A stretch of 64,000 nucleotides of DNA from assembly GCA_002633005.1 (NCBI GenBank), contig NMRA01000437.1:30330-94329 (forward strand), given 5' to 3'. The position numbers and the translations under genes were made by a program. Shown in pieces: positions 24,037 through 37,947 of the stretch. Position 1 is the first letter of the stretch; every line of letters begins with the position of its first letter. This stretch comes from Phoronis australis. Taxonomy: Eukaryota; Animalia; Phoronida. The notes below the pieces were generated by a model. That model ran no database searches. It saw only the letters and a list, made by a program, of their open reading frames with translations, and had not been told where the DNA came from.

Positions 24037-24799
24037 GTTGGTGTGCACATGTAGTTGGAGAACGTAAATGACGAATAATTGTCGGCAATTCTTAAATATA
24101 GTTGTTGCTTACAAATAATTGTTCCAGATACTTTGCTGTCTTGATTGACGGGAATTGTGGATATTGCAACTATCTCTGTTAAACCGGTTCTTGAAAAGAA
24201 TATATATGTTCTAGTCTACTGGGAATGGGGTCCTGTGCACCCAAAAGGTAAATCTTAACCTGAACTTTTTAATTTCTGTTGTTATTCTCTTCAGGAATTT
24301 TGTTATTCCTAAGCTAAAATTTTCTCCCAGATGTACCGTTTTTGATCAAATTTCCTAGATGGATTCCAATGTGGCCACTAAACTGAACTTGTGAAACAAC
24401 TTTCAGCAAGAAAGAATGAAAAATATATTGAAAGATTTCAAACTAGGTTAAGAATAAATTTGTCATTTGGATGCTGTAGGTCCCCTTCATACTTCTGACC
24501 TGACTGTTCATGCCCAGACTAATATCAGTTTAAATGAACTTTGATGGGATGTCGTCAGTTCATTGTATTGATGTTCCATTTGATTAATTGCACGAATGTC
24601 TGTATAATGTTTACAGCAAAGCCTACGAGTCTGACTCCTTCTGTGGATACAACGCCTTCTAAAGATAGTAAGCTCTTCCTGTATTTCATCATATAGCTCT
24701 CACAGTGTTGACATTTTTCTGGTGACAAATCTAAAATGACAAGGAATAAGTATTAGCACAAGAAATAGAAAAAATGCTTTAATGTGAAATTCTTTCTTA

Positions 24800-25968
24800 T
24801 TGCTGTCATCTCTGTCCGTCCGGCGTCCGTCTGTCCGGCATCCGCTGCCTTATCTCCAAAACCGGTTGATGTATGTTCATGAAAGTTTGCACGTGTTCCT
24901 TTTATGGATGGAACGGCATGAGCGAAGTGTCGGATGGATCCGACTACCAGTGTGTCCCCTAGTGGCAATTTTAGTTTTTTACGTTTACCTCTGTATCTTC
25001 AAAGGTCCTCAACATATTTTTACAAAATTTGGTATATAGGCATCTATTAGTGAGACGACACTATCCTTCCGTTTTCGGATGGATTTGACCTAGTTTGCAC
25101 CTCCTAGTGGCCATATTTACTGTTTTTGAGTCTGTTTTTTGGCATCCACCCCTCTATCAACCAAACCGCTTTCAGGATGTTTGTGAAAATTGGCATGTAT
25201 GTTTTTACTATGAAGTGGACAGATGATTTTCTGATTGCTTCGACTACTGTTGCGCCTCCTATTGGCAGTCTCATTTTTTCGCCTGTGGCGTATCTCCTAA
25301 ACCGTTAGCAGGATCTATACTAAATTTAACAAGTGTGTTTATATGCTGTTGACAACGGACGACGACGATTTTCGAATGGATCTTACTATTGGCAACAGAT
25401 TTTCAAAAAATTTTGAATACGGGCATCTATTGGTGAGTGGCCTTTTTTGCTGTTTCCAAGTCTGTTTCTATCAACCAAATCATTCTGAGGATGATTTTGA
25501 AAATTGGCATATATGGTCTCAGTGTGAAGAGGACGGTTGACGATGACAACTGTGACTATTGTGCGCCTCCTAGTGGTAGTTTAGTTTTGTTTTGTTTTGC
25601 GCCCATAGCTGTATGTCCTAAACCCGCTACAGGATCTTTATTAAATTTAATTAGTAAGTGTATTTATATGAATCTAACAACAGCCATTGACGACTTTCAG
25701 GCAGATCCAATGAACAGTGTGCCTCCCAGTGGCAATGTCATTTTATTCTTGTGTTCCTTTGTTTTTCTGAAGTTCGGTGACGGATTTCTATGAAATTTGG
25801 TGTAAAGCTTTGCGTTAAGGGAGCAATGACATGTGCCCGTTTTCGGATGGATTGTACTTTTTTGCGCCATCTAGTGGCCATTTTTATGACACAAATGAAC
25901 AACCCTAAAAGCACACCATTTGCAATGCATTCGTGGGCGCATTTCAAAGCTCCGCTTTGCTCTTGTTT
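24800..25968 (+). mobile_element. HINE, same family as 1515-4700, 5'-truncated
   Basis: GTCC microsatellite start, same internal repeats, 3' subTIR GTGGGCGCAT (25933-25942), hairpin CAAAGC-TCC-GCTTTG, then CTCTTGTT. Confidence 0.8.
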
Positions 25969-28900
25969 ATGTTGACAAGCCTGTTGGGTTGAGTTAGTTA
26001 ATGACGGCCATGTCATTGGTAACAACATTATCTCCTTTTTGACACTAGTACTCCTGATAATTGGGTGCTAACCCCACTGGTGTATTCATTTTCATGCTCA
26101 TGTTGTTGACAGAAGGACATGTGTTTACTTTCAATACCCATGGTTGGACGAGACTCCTCCAATGCAGTGTCTCAGGGAAAGAAAGCTGAAAAAGAATGAT
26201 TGAGACAACTTCAGATGATAGAGAAAAAAATTCTTATCGGATACACACAATACCTCCTGAGACAATACCAAAAGTCAAAATGTTCACCCAAAAGGTGACC
26301 TGACTGCATTGTCTTTGGGTCAAAGTACGTCCCTGTAAACTGCTCCCATTGGAGAGCCAATGCCATTTTTGTCACGTGACTGACGAATTTCGTTCCCCTC
26401 AAGCAGGATGAATGTTGAATTCACACTTTATTTGCGAGTGTTGCCTCAGTTTAGGAAGCTCAATAAATCTTCCTGGCAGCATCAGTATCTGTGTAATCTC
26501 AGAAAGGTTTGATTTTCAAACATGATCTTTCGAATATTGACGGAAGAGCATAACAGCATTGATTTTACAAAGTTAGCATTGAAATCACATGATGAAACTG
26601 AATCATGAAGATAACAATTTGTTTCAAAAGTGTTGAAACTTCTAAACAAGATTGAATTTACAAAATGGAATAGATTTTCATTTTTAGTACTTTTTGCACT
26701 TTTCCCTGCCTGTAGGAATACTCTTGTCGTGTGTTCTTGGCAGCAACCCTTTCAATCAATTTTCTTTCAGTACATTTACCCAAACTCTTGAAGCCATCTT
26801 TGGCCCTGTACTTTTCCTTCATCATATAAAATGGGTTGGAATTTTATGAAAAATGTCTTGATGGTTTGTTGTCTTTATCGGTGTTCATATATCTAGTTTG
26901 TGGAATAATTTCCTCGAGATTTCGCATTAGATGATATTGACCAATGTCTAAAGAAAGCGTAAATTCAGTGCTTGGAAATATGTCAACACTTGTGAAAAGT
27001 TGAGTTATACTTTCAAATCTTTCTCTGGACTTCTGTAACCACGTTCGAGACAAAATCTTTCTGTAATGATGCTTCTTCCTGTATTGGAACACGACGAGGC
27101 TGTTCTTCTGACAAGAGTCTCGGTTGCTGGTTTCAGACGTTTCCATTGACGAGTTCTTGCATTTTCGTTTTTTGCATGCAAACTTGGAAGTCTCCATTAG
27201 AATTTGCCTTGTGAATTTGTTTTACAAACCAAGATGGGGAACACTCACAAATTTTTAATTTGTATGTCTTTTCTACAATACCACTGTGCCGTTCATATGC
27301 TGTTGTGACTATCCAGTTTAAAGTTATCTTCATCATGGAGACGTTTTGAGCTTCCGTTGATTGATTTCAAATGACTTTACGAAAATGCGAAAATGCGAAG
27401 AACTGGATGTTTGTGTTGCTCTTTGCTTTGTCAGTTGTGCCTCATTCAGTTAGTGTTATTTCTGGTTTCTAATTACCACACTGACTGAATTGTGCAGTTG
27501 AGAACACTGCTTTATCTGTGAGCATGGACAAACCAGGAGAGGTCTGTATAAGATCATTGAAATAGTTAAGTACTGTAAGTATTTATTTTGTTCTGATTTT
27601 GAAATTTCTTACCGTGTTTTGGGCTAGATGTGAGCATATATTGAAATCAGGAGTTTTGTTTTTATGCACCTGCAACAAAGGTTTCGAGGGAAGAAGTCCT
27701 TTTACACCATTGTGTGTCCACATGGTGCTTATATATTTGCATATTATTTTGCTCACGTACTGAGCTGCAGCATTCTCAGTTGGCTTAGAGAAAACGTTTG
27801 CCATCTGGATTTACCTAGCTCACCCTTTGTCTTTGCTCATTGTATTTTTTTGATAAATTGCTCTGTTTATTTTGCCATAAGGCATGAATATCGGGACAAA
27901 CTGCAGTGTTTCATAAAATCCTTGCATGTTTAGTTGTTAGGGACAATTCTTTTTTGCTTGGCCTGAATGCAAAAATCTTGAAATGGGCTTGTGTCTGTGA
28001 ATCTGGTTCCAAATTTTTCCTTCCTGTGATGGTAATTGATTTGTCACAGGTATTGACCAAAACCTGCCCATTTTGGAATAACTGGCCAGCCTTGTGAAAA
28101 AGCATGAGATTTGACATTTTGCGGGCCACTTCGTTGAATAATTTGCGTGGAAATGTAACGTTTTTTGCTATGGTATTGAAGTGGTTGTTTCATTTTTGGT
28201 GTGGTTGTATGACTTATATTTTGTTTTGGACAGTTGATAAAAAAGAGATGCCCCTTCAAAGCTGTTGTGTATCCACCTTCTGTCAAAATAATATTTGTTT
28301 TAGAGCACTTAATATTTAATGAAACTAATCTCAAAATTTTCCTTTCTGAGACGAAAGGTGAATTCCAGACTTGGCAAGAATTGTCAGTTGGTCATCCCTT
28401 GACGTGATGCTCAGTACATCAAGTGACCAGGTCATAGGGTCTGGTCTAGAACATTTAGTGGACTGTCAGTTCTTCTCAAGGCGAAAAATGCATTTTATAT
28501 TGAGCAAGAATCAACCTAAGACCAGCCCCTAGGCGCTAATCTCTGATACAAGTAATTTCTACATTTTCTGATCTCTTATGTACGAACTCATGACAAGATT
28601 AGTGTCTAGAACTGTGTGCACGAGTATGTTATGGTTTAGGCAGTTTTTTGTTAAAATTTACTCTTGATGATGCCGATATTTAATGCACAATCTCAAGTTT
28701 AAATTCTAGATTTCACAAGTTTGGACTTAAACTTACAACACAAATGCTGTGGTCATCAAGCGCAAAGTATGATTATTGTAAATGGTCATCCCTGTGAACC
28801 AATCTTACTTCAGCACAAAATATGATACAGTTATCTTGAGATCATACTCAAGTAGATCAGATGGTAAAAAATTATTTGGAGTTTGACCTGGGACTTTAAA

Positions 28901-29406
28901 CTCTAAGTCCGGATTGGTGTTCAGTAGCTTCAAAGATAATCTAGTTTTTTGACAAGAGAAGAGTACAGGACAGCTTTAAAGTAGTGGCTTGCATGTTCAG
29001 AACAACAGGCTATAGTTGATGTACTAATATTTTTTTTCTGTAAACTTGTCACTGCCAGTTTACTTTCATTTCCATGTGACATACCAGGTCAAAGTTCACG
29101 CACTAAATCCTACTTTGTTTTCCACTGTGTGTGACTTTTGCACGATATTACTCTATGAGTCCTCTGTTAACTCCATGACTTTCTGTGTGTGCCGTGACGT
29201 CTGCTAAAAATGAGAACACTGTTCCTTAAGAAACAATATCAAATTTATTTTCACCTAATTTTGTACGTTAGCATAGTGGTTTAGTCGAACCCTTCATACC
29301 ACAATTTTCTACTTTGCTCTCCTGACTGTATTTTAGTCATGGAATTAGCAAATTGATGAAACCGAATTGGAATTGTTCAAATACCGTTTTGTGTTTTTCC
29401 TTTTAG

Positions 29407-29442
29407 CAACAACAAAGCCGACCATTTCGGATAAGACCACAG
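29407..29442 (+). CDS. Ig receptor stalk micro-exon (ATTKPTISDKTT)
   Basis: Strong acceptor tgtgtttttccttttag, G|gtagat donor, 36 bp phase 1-1, Thr-rich sequence between Ig and TM exons. Confidence 0.65.
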
Positions 29443-32400
29443 GTAGATACTTTGTTTATTTCACGTTATATTTAACGTTTGAAAGATCAGGTCACTCTAG
29501 ACTGAAATGGAGGAGACTAAAATGTCCTCCAGGAACACATGGCATAGAAATGTTCTGAAAACGTTTTTGGATCTACCTTTTCCGCTTTCTTGCTTCCTAA
29601 AATTCCTTTGCCCAAAATGCATGTGGAGGTGAATGTCTGTTTAAACTGGCAGTGACAGTTTAAGTTTCAGATCTAGAGTGCACCTTACGATTCTTGATTC
29701 ATGGAAACCGCTTATTGCTCTAGCTCCATGTATTCAGTACACGCCATAAGTATTTGGACAAAATGCTCCATTGAATTTCCCGTCAGGTAGGCCGGTCGGA
29801 AGCCGCCTTCGTCGTCAGAGTAGCCTCCCCTTACTGATGATGGAGAATTAAGAGGACAGTTGATGCGATGGCGAAACCATTCTGTTATTATAAGAACTTT
29901 TTATATAGTTATTACCAATCATTTTGCTGTTAACAGAAACAAAGAAACGGTATTTTTGTCCAATTACTTTTGCCGTGTACTGTATACCATACCAAGAGTT
30001 GAATTCATTGATTGTTTTCCGTGCTCTGTTGTGTTTTTTGTTCCGTCTAAGTAATCTTTTGTAATTTTCTCTCAACCATCGCAATTATATGGAATTACCA
30101 TAAACTTGGGCAAAAAATTAACACAGATCATTTGAGCATTGGCGTGGGGTCTTTTATTCTTATTTGACATTGTTTCACGGTATCTCACACCCTGATTATG
30201 CAGTGTACCGAACTGACTGAGTGTGTCTGAACTTCGCATCCCATAAGAGGCTTCGCATTGCTGGAAATGACGTTTACCAAGTCTGCAGTCAGCTGCAGAC
30301 TTTCATTTTTTCATCATAAGAATTCCATCTTTCATTGTTATTTGTAATCTTGTATTCATTTTGTTCCCAAGTTACTTGCAGGCATAAACTGTTAGAATGA
30401 GTTATTTTTTCATTTATGGCGTGTATGCTCCATCAGAGACTGATTCTGGCATTGGTGAGCAATGTTAGACGCAATAACTTAGAAACTGCCACATTCCGCA
30501 AATGTATTCCAGTTATGCTTGGGAACTGGATTTGTTATTTAAAGTAAACAAAAATGGCTGCAGCAATTTTTAAATATTAACACTTTGTTTTTTACCCAGT
30601 ATAATTTCTGTGTAACCATGTTTCTTTTTCTGAGAGCATTGCAGTGTTATCTGGTAATTTTAGTTTGTTTGAGTAATATGTGATGCCTTATTTTACATAT
30701 AATGAATTTGTGTTTGGTAAAACTGGCGTGTGCTACATGTACTTGTTTATCAAAATTGAGCGAGATATGGGTAGATGTATTCGGTCTCACTGAATATTAT
30801 TTCAGTCATGGTTTTTATTAGAGTTCAATATATTAGGTCATGGCAAGCTGAGACTTCACAAAAATTTACCCTTCACAATAAATGTAACTAAGCAAACTCC
30901 TGGCTCAAGCTTCGTATTCCCTGGCATTAAATGAAACTTAATATGCAGATCACCCTTACATGGATTAGATACAAAATCACACTTCCTTGAAAATAGTCGT
31001 GTGGTTGGGCTTGTTGTGCATTTGAACATTAGTCTCCTTATCAAGATTTCCGTGCCCCAGTTCATGGTCTGGGCTGTTTGCTTTTTATAACTCTCTTAAG
31101 TGCATTCATTTATTTCCTCCTTGAGGCATGACCTGGGTCGGGAAGAGGAATACGGTCTAGATGTTAGTTATCTCCCCTGTCCAGTGGTAACCATAACAAA
31201 CCAATGACTCACCACCAACATTCAAGTTCAATGACTCAGTATGAAATGTGTTTTTACTATGTACCCATGGTCTGGTGTCTATTGTAATTTAATAACTTGA
31301 ACACTATTACTTTGGTTAATTATGTATTGTCAACACAGACTAAATTTGTTGTTACATTAAATTTTATATGATTTGGCTTTATTACTTCGAAGTGTTTATT
31401 TTATGTGTCATTTAAACAGAATGTTATGTTCCCTCTAATTTAAATACACGCCAGTTAACCTAGAATGTGCATAGAACAGTCCATCTTAGTTTTGCTTCTT
31501 GTTTTTTGAAACTACCAGGAAATATCACGTACCCCTATGTGCAAAACAGTGACCTGACTTGTTGGGCGCAATCAGCATGTTGGCTTAACCTGATATGAAG
31601 CCAGGATGTGACCTAGATTTCATACTGTAGATAACAGCTATAAGTGGCTGAGCAAACATGTTAGTCTCCTGACTGTTATCTTAAAGAAAGGCATTACATT
31701 TAGGTCAACATATCTGGTGAAATGTGAAATATAACACTGAGGTTGTTATACAATTTGCAAGAATGTCAGACAAATGTCATTTTGGCTTGCTTTTGATCAA
31801 GGTTTAGCTCAGGAGTAAAAGTGTTGTGTGTTTGAGTTGGACTGCAGGTGTTTAAGTCATGGGGTTCTCCTCCAGGTATTGACTATATTGTCAGGGAGGT
31901 GCTGATGATTCATTCATAATATGGGCCAGCTCAATGCTCAATCAGCAGTCAAACAAATGGGCACTTGAGATCATGCCAAATGGTGAAATCGGAGTGAATC
32001 GGTTAAATCTTTAAATAATAAATTTCTGTAATGCCCTATACCCTCGTCATCCCTCAGAGGTTTATCAACCCTGAATATTTGTACTAGTGAGCAGGGTTGG
32101 TGAGTTAGGGTTATGTATGACCTTTTGTTGTACAAGTCTGTGTTTTTCGCCAAATGTCTTCAAAACTAAATTTTAAGTCAATAAAGGAGTGTATTTTGTG
32201 AAACTGGAAAGCTTGGGGAATTTGATTGAGTTTCTGCCAATCTGCCATTAGTTGGATCACATGGCCTTGTCTTTTCCTAAAGTTTACCATCTTAGAAAGT
32301 TGCAGTCATATTAAAACAATGGTACCAATAGAAAATTACCAAAGTTCACTTATAATAAATGCTCAATATGAAATATACAAAAGTGTTGTTGCTGTTTTCT

Positions 32401-34373
32401 AAATCATCGTTTCGTTTTATGCATCTTGTGATTTTTTCATGAAAGCAAGTCCTATTTCTAATGGCCTCACCTGTAAAATTGGCACGGGTTTGTAGTACAT
32501 TGCGAAAAGCATAGTGTTGCACCTGAAAGATTTTTATGAATCTGATATGAGCCATTTCTTAAGATATGATGTTCCAAATTTGGAATTTTTTAGGGTTCTG
32601 CATAGCCTTCAACAGGTGGCTGTGTGTCAACTTCAAACATCAAACTGTAGGATCCACTCTGTCACAGAGTATATGGACTATGCTTCATTTATACATGAAT
32701 GTAGCTGTGAAATATCTGTTGACATTGTCAGTTTGGAGAATACGTTCTGAAACTGATTTTAATATTGTATCGAATCCAACTAATGCCGCCTACGCGTGTC
32801 ACGCTATCACCGACAAATAATGAGAAATTGAACGCAGCGTTATATTGAAGAGGCACTTTTCCCACCGCACGTTTGTATGACTATTTACTGGTATCACATT
32901 GTGCACCGATGAATTCTCACGATACAATCCCTGATAATACTGTGACTCATGGTACTTTAAGATATTGTAACACTTGAGTAAGTGTCAGGAGACAAAGTGT
33001 CAGGAAATAAGTGTCACATGTTCAGTTTTATGTTACTCAAACCGATTTGTCTCTGAACTATTTAATGAGAGCCGCTGCGACTTGTCAGTTTTCGAAGTTC
33101 GCGGTCATTTGTGTGTGTTGGCGGCAAATTTTCATGAAGACAGGAGCAAGTGCTCAGAAACTAATGTTGATGTTGATCCATTGCAACAGTCTGCCACTGC
33201 CCGCTTGGACATAGCTTTGAAGGGATGACATCTGGTGGAAATTGCAGATGCTCGAATTTCCTTCGACTTTTTTGCCATTACACCTTACGTCTTTGTTAAT
33301 TCCTGCAACAAGACTTGGTGTTTGTTGAACTCTGCATTAAACTGGTCCTTTTTGGTCGTTTCATTCTGATAACAATTTCTGTAGTCTCTGCATCTTGTTT
33401 TTGCCATCTGCTGTGAAGACTCTTCCCTTCACAGTGCGTTTAGCCAAGTCACTGTTGCCAGCATCTTGCATATCTTGCCATTTTACAGTTTGTGTATCAT
33501 GTATTTTTGCTGGGCATCGCTCACCATAGTATGCGAGGAGTGTACCTCAAGCCCACTCCAACGCCGGTGCTGCACTGGTCATTTCGCTCCTGTCAACAGC
33601 TTCCCGTCACTAATTCCGTGAACTTGGGTTTGAATGTTTTTCAATGGTGCTGTGAACTGCATGGCCAACAGTGTTGGCAATAAGGTCCCCTGTTCTTGAG
33701 ATGCTAGACAGTTGATTTTTCACCTCGTCTTTCGTGCCATTAGTGCTTAATGTATTCGTATCGTAAGTAACAGAGTCCTCTTTTTCTGGTCCGGTGGTTG
33801 TGGTGGTCTTGTGTTTTCAGAGGTTTCATTCAATCAGGATTTCTTGCAGTTGTTCGTGGACAATTATGAACTTGGCAACGTTTTACATATTTGAGCTCAG
33901 TGTGTGTGGGCTCTGAACTTAGTGTTCTGTAGACAGGGCACTTACTGTGTGATGAAGTTGTGCTTACTGATTTCAGAAAACTCATAACTCGCAAGTTTGC
34001 ACTTGATTTTTTTAAATCAACACAAAAGTTGCCACCCAAACTGTCCAAGCACGTCGTTTCTGCAGTTTCTTCAAATTCGAACAAAATTTATTGGATTGCA
34101 TAATTTACCATTTTTTTCTTTGCTGAAAATGCTTGGAATTTTACCATGTGTCATTTGATGAAAGTTGTGGAAACCAAACTGTGCTGAAAAGAAGAAAAAC
34201 AAAAACAAACTTCCTAAAATATTTTTGTTGAGACATAAGATGCAACAAAATATACATTTTCCACCATATTGTGCTTGAAATTGAAGAAACTTTCCGGGGT
34301 ACTTTGCTTGTGGTGCTCCACAGGTATGTGTATTTGACAAACCTCATTCTTGTTTTCAATCTATGTTTTACAG

Positions 34374-34508
34374 ATGGTACTAAAAGAGACGCTCCACTAA
34401 CTGCTGGAGCCATCGCTGGCATCGCTATCGGTGCTGTAGTTGTTCTCATAATCCTGATCGCACTTACTGTTTATTGTGTGCGCAAAAAGAAAGCAGACAC
34501 GTTGAAAG
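34374..34508 (+). CDS. Ig receptor transmembrane exon
   Basis: ttttacag acceptor, G|gtaggt donor, 135 bp phase 1-1; DGTKRDAPLTAGAIAGIAIGAVVVLIILIALTVYCVRKKKADTLK is a hydrophobic helix plus basic stop-transfer. Confidence 0.9.
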
Positions 34509-36449
34509 GTAGGTTTGTCGTTCACTTGACTTTATAGCCACTAGAACGACAGCAGTCGCAAAATGTGGTGATGTTCATGTGTCTGACCCTTTTATGGGCA
34601 GCTGAAATAACACGTGCACTGCTAGAACATTGTAGGATGCAAGTGTTCTGATTCGGGGAGTGCTGTGCATGTGACATGTCATCGTCAAGATGGCAGTTAC
34701 TTGATGTGAAAAGCAGCAGTTACTTGGTTTTGGCTAAATGCTACCTGTTCACTCGTATTGATTATGAACTGAACATTTGGCTACTTGAAATATTAGAAAT
34801 GAAGTAAGCTCTACAGATTTTGTTTCTGCGTCTGTTTTCCCAAAAATCCTTTGTGTATATGAAGTCACTATCTGTGAAAAGATTGTTAAGTGAACTCATA
34901 AGTGCACAGGGTGTCAGTGTTGGTTGCTTTTACAAGTTTTTGGTGGCGTCTGGAATGGTGTAAGGGTGTACACGTTTGCTGAAAAAATACTTATGATTGT
35001 CCTGACTATGAGCATTCTATACAGCACATATACCAAAGTGAGGCTAACTGCAGCTGATGATAAATGGCTTGTTCCATCTCCAAATCTTAATTCTTTTATG
35101 TTATTCATATTCCAACATTCAACTAAAGCTTTAAGAAACCACGTAATTCAAAGTAACGGGTGAATTTTGTATCTTGAAAAAAAATTTAATGTTTTCTCAT
35201 AAATGAAGAGTCTTTTGTGTCACTTTGTTTTGAAACAAACAATTGGCTTATTAAAACCCCACGCTACCGTGTTTTCGTTCATGTTCTGGCGTGGAATTCC
35301 ACGCTCGTCTTTTACCACGGCGACTTAGCATTCCTTACTACACATGACCCAAGTCTTCAATGATTGTTTGATCTAGAGGATTAATTGTTCATACTGGATT
35401 TATTCCAGTTTGATGTTTGTTAGATAGCACTGCGAGTGTCAATTGACGTCATTGAAATTGAAAAATCCTGTTAACTTTCACTTTTCTTCACTAAGTTCAT
35501 CGGCCCACCCTCATTCAATTTGATGGCTTAGTATTTAAGGACAACCCAGTGTTAACATATAGGAATCAGCATTACACCAAAACCATGGCTTCTCCCGTGT
35601 ACAAATTGTGTTTGACTGTTTTTTACCCTTCAGTACCTAAGCTTGACTAAATCTCGTCATTTCAATCTGAACAATATTGATTTACCTTTTGTGCACGTGT
35701 TTGTGTTGCAACCTGATGAAAATGGGCGAACACTTCTACTGTATGTCCCAGTTATTGGGAAATGAGACTGATGTGAGTGTTAGCTTCAAAGCTGCACATG
35801 TGGTATGCACGAAAGCACGTGAAAACATTAGCTAATGGGTTTAGTGTGACTGTGAACCACTGTCGGGTTATCACCTGTGTCATTTGTGTGCCATATTAGT
35901 CATGACTGCGGTAATGGAGTTTATATTAAACCACAATGATTACATAGTTGATGTATGGCATTATAAAGTATTAATGATATTGCTTTAACATGTCTTGTGG
36001 GTAACGTTGACTTGTCGGTGTGGATGTCAGGAAAATGGAAGAATTGGAATGGAGGCTTCACTTAGTATAGAATGTCTGGCACTCATGACTTTCCTTGTTT
36101 CTACCCACGCAAGAAAAGTCTGCCACTCTATAACTGCAATTGTATCTGTTTGTTAAATTCCAACCTGTATAAGAGCCCCGTTTACTTCCTCATTTTCTTG
36201 TTCGATCACGGTGGTGATGTTTTGAAAATGTAACTCCTGAATATTTTGTCGAAGAGGCAGTGCCTAGATATCTGGAGGGTTCCAAGGGATAGTCGGCCAC
36301 TCAGCAAGGCAGGTCATGTATCAGCTGTGCCTAGATGTCCCTTTAGCCATCCTTGAGAGGTCTGGGCATGGCCTGTTCAACAAAACATTTCAGAATTGTA
36401 CAGCGACCTGGCATTTTTGTCTTGTTACTTATTTACTGTTCTGTGTTAG

Positions 36450-36492
36450 TAGATGACGCAAAGTACATGGACGAAGGCATGAAAAACCCGGG
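36450..36492 (+). CDS. Ig receptor cytoplasmic micro-exon (VDDAKYMDEGMKNPG)
   Basis: TAGTAG acceptor, GG|gtaggt donor. The 43-bp length converts phase 1 to phase 2, exactly what is needed to join the TM exon to 37836. Confidence 0.7.
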
Positions 36493-37835
36493 GTAGGTAG
36501 AAAGCGTACAGGCATCCATGGCTTTGACATCGTGGCTTACAGAGGGATCTCGGTTGGGCAACAGAGTTGTTCTCTAAATTGTTTTCGCGTTCTGAATACA
36601 AGAACCTAGTGGTGCTGAATATTTCTGATTTGACGTTTAGATTGGTTTTGAGAAATAACGTCGATGAAACCATGACATTAAATTCGTTACACCATTTTTC
36701 CATTTAGTTGTCTCTTAATTACTGAATAATCACTGTGGCGCTAGTTGTTTGTGTTCCACACGAGTCGCTTGCGGTTGGTATGTCTTGCGTAGTTCATGCT
36801 TGCCTGTATTTCAAGTGGTAAGGTTAACTTGTAGTTCATCCGCTTTAGTTGTCACCAATGCGTTGCTTAATGACTTAGTAGTCGAGGAATGGCCGCTTTG
36901 CTTTCAGTGCTTTCTTCCGTTCCTCGCGTTTTGTTTTGTTTTTTTCTGAGCGAGGGTTTTTGTGTTACTCCTGCAAACACCTAAAAGCATAGCGATTGAA
37001 CACGCGCAATGACAGCTTCTGCCTTGGCTCAATTGTCTGAGTCACTCGCTACTAATCTAATGTTACAAGATGAGTGTTCAAACATAGTGATGCTCTTACT
37101 GGCTTTTACTGATATAAGTAATTTTTTGCAAGCCCGCGTGTACGTATGTGGTGCTAAATTTTTTTTGCTGACTATAGCGATTGGAGCTCTCTCTGATGAT
37201 CATATCTGGCACTACTGTTTCTCTTAGCTCCTGGCGTCAGTGAACAGTTGTTGCTTGCTGATTTCTCGTGCATTCTTTTGGGTCTGTAGTGGTTAGTGTA
37301 TGCAGGCTGTGTTCCATGAAAGTTTGCACCTGGCCCTGCAAAGGTGCTATTCGCGATTCACCGCTGCGGCCTTACATCAACACTTTGCTCTTGTAGTTAA
37401 TGCAAACAGAGCGGACATTTTGCTAGGATTTTTCTTATCATATGAGATATTTCAAACACTTCCCAACTCCAAAAGCGCTGTTTACCACTATTGCAAGTTT
37501 TGGCTTGGTAATACATTTCATCCACCATCTATTGTTATTGATCTATCTTGGGCATGCGAATAACACTGAGATATCTACCGAACACTTTACTACTCATATT
37601 ATTGCTATAATTATTTACTTATACATCAGAAACAACTTGAGTTGAAAGTCGCAACCTTATCAAAGTTAAAGGCAAATGAAATGTTGACGCATATACAGGC
37701 ACGCGAGAGCTCGTCGAGTTTTTTTGTCAGTAGGCATTATGTCTACATTGCACTGTATCAAGATGCCTGCAACTTGACACGACTGGCGCTAGATTATTGT
37801 TTACACAGTGAGACATTGGTTACTCTGTTCCACAG

Positions 37836-37947
37836 GATGGATTCCCCAGACGAGGGATATAATACGCAACCTGATGTTGTTGCTCCAGATCAGTTGTACG
37901 CGGCTGTTAACAAACCCAAAAAGAACAAACCTGCCGATCCACAGGAC
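37836..37947 (+). CDS. Ig receptor cytoplasmic exon with LYAAVNK tyrosine motif
   Basis: ttccacag acceptor, GAC|gtaagt donor, phase 2-0; MDSPDEGYNTQPDVVAPDQLYAAVNKPKKNKPADPQD. Confidence 0.85.

Noticed and set aside
24753-26028. Cluster of short ORFs similar to those at 1424-1722 and 3983-4321
   Set aside because: Similarity reflects the non-coding HINE repeat, not a protein family.
26211-27336. Minus-strand ORFs of 63-117 aa that look like decayed coding sequence
   Set aside because: No recognisable motif in any frame and many stops; cannot be supported without a search.
33000-33830. Purine-rich minus-strand stretch suggestive of a decayed retroelement gag
   Set aside because: Only compositional resemblance; no diagnostic motif found.
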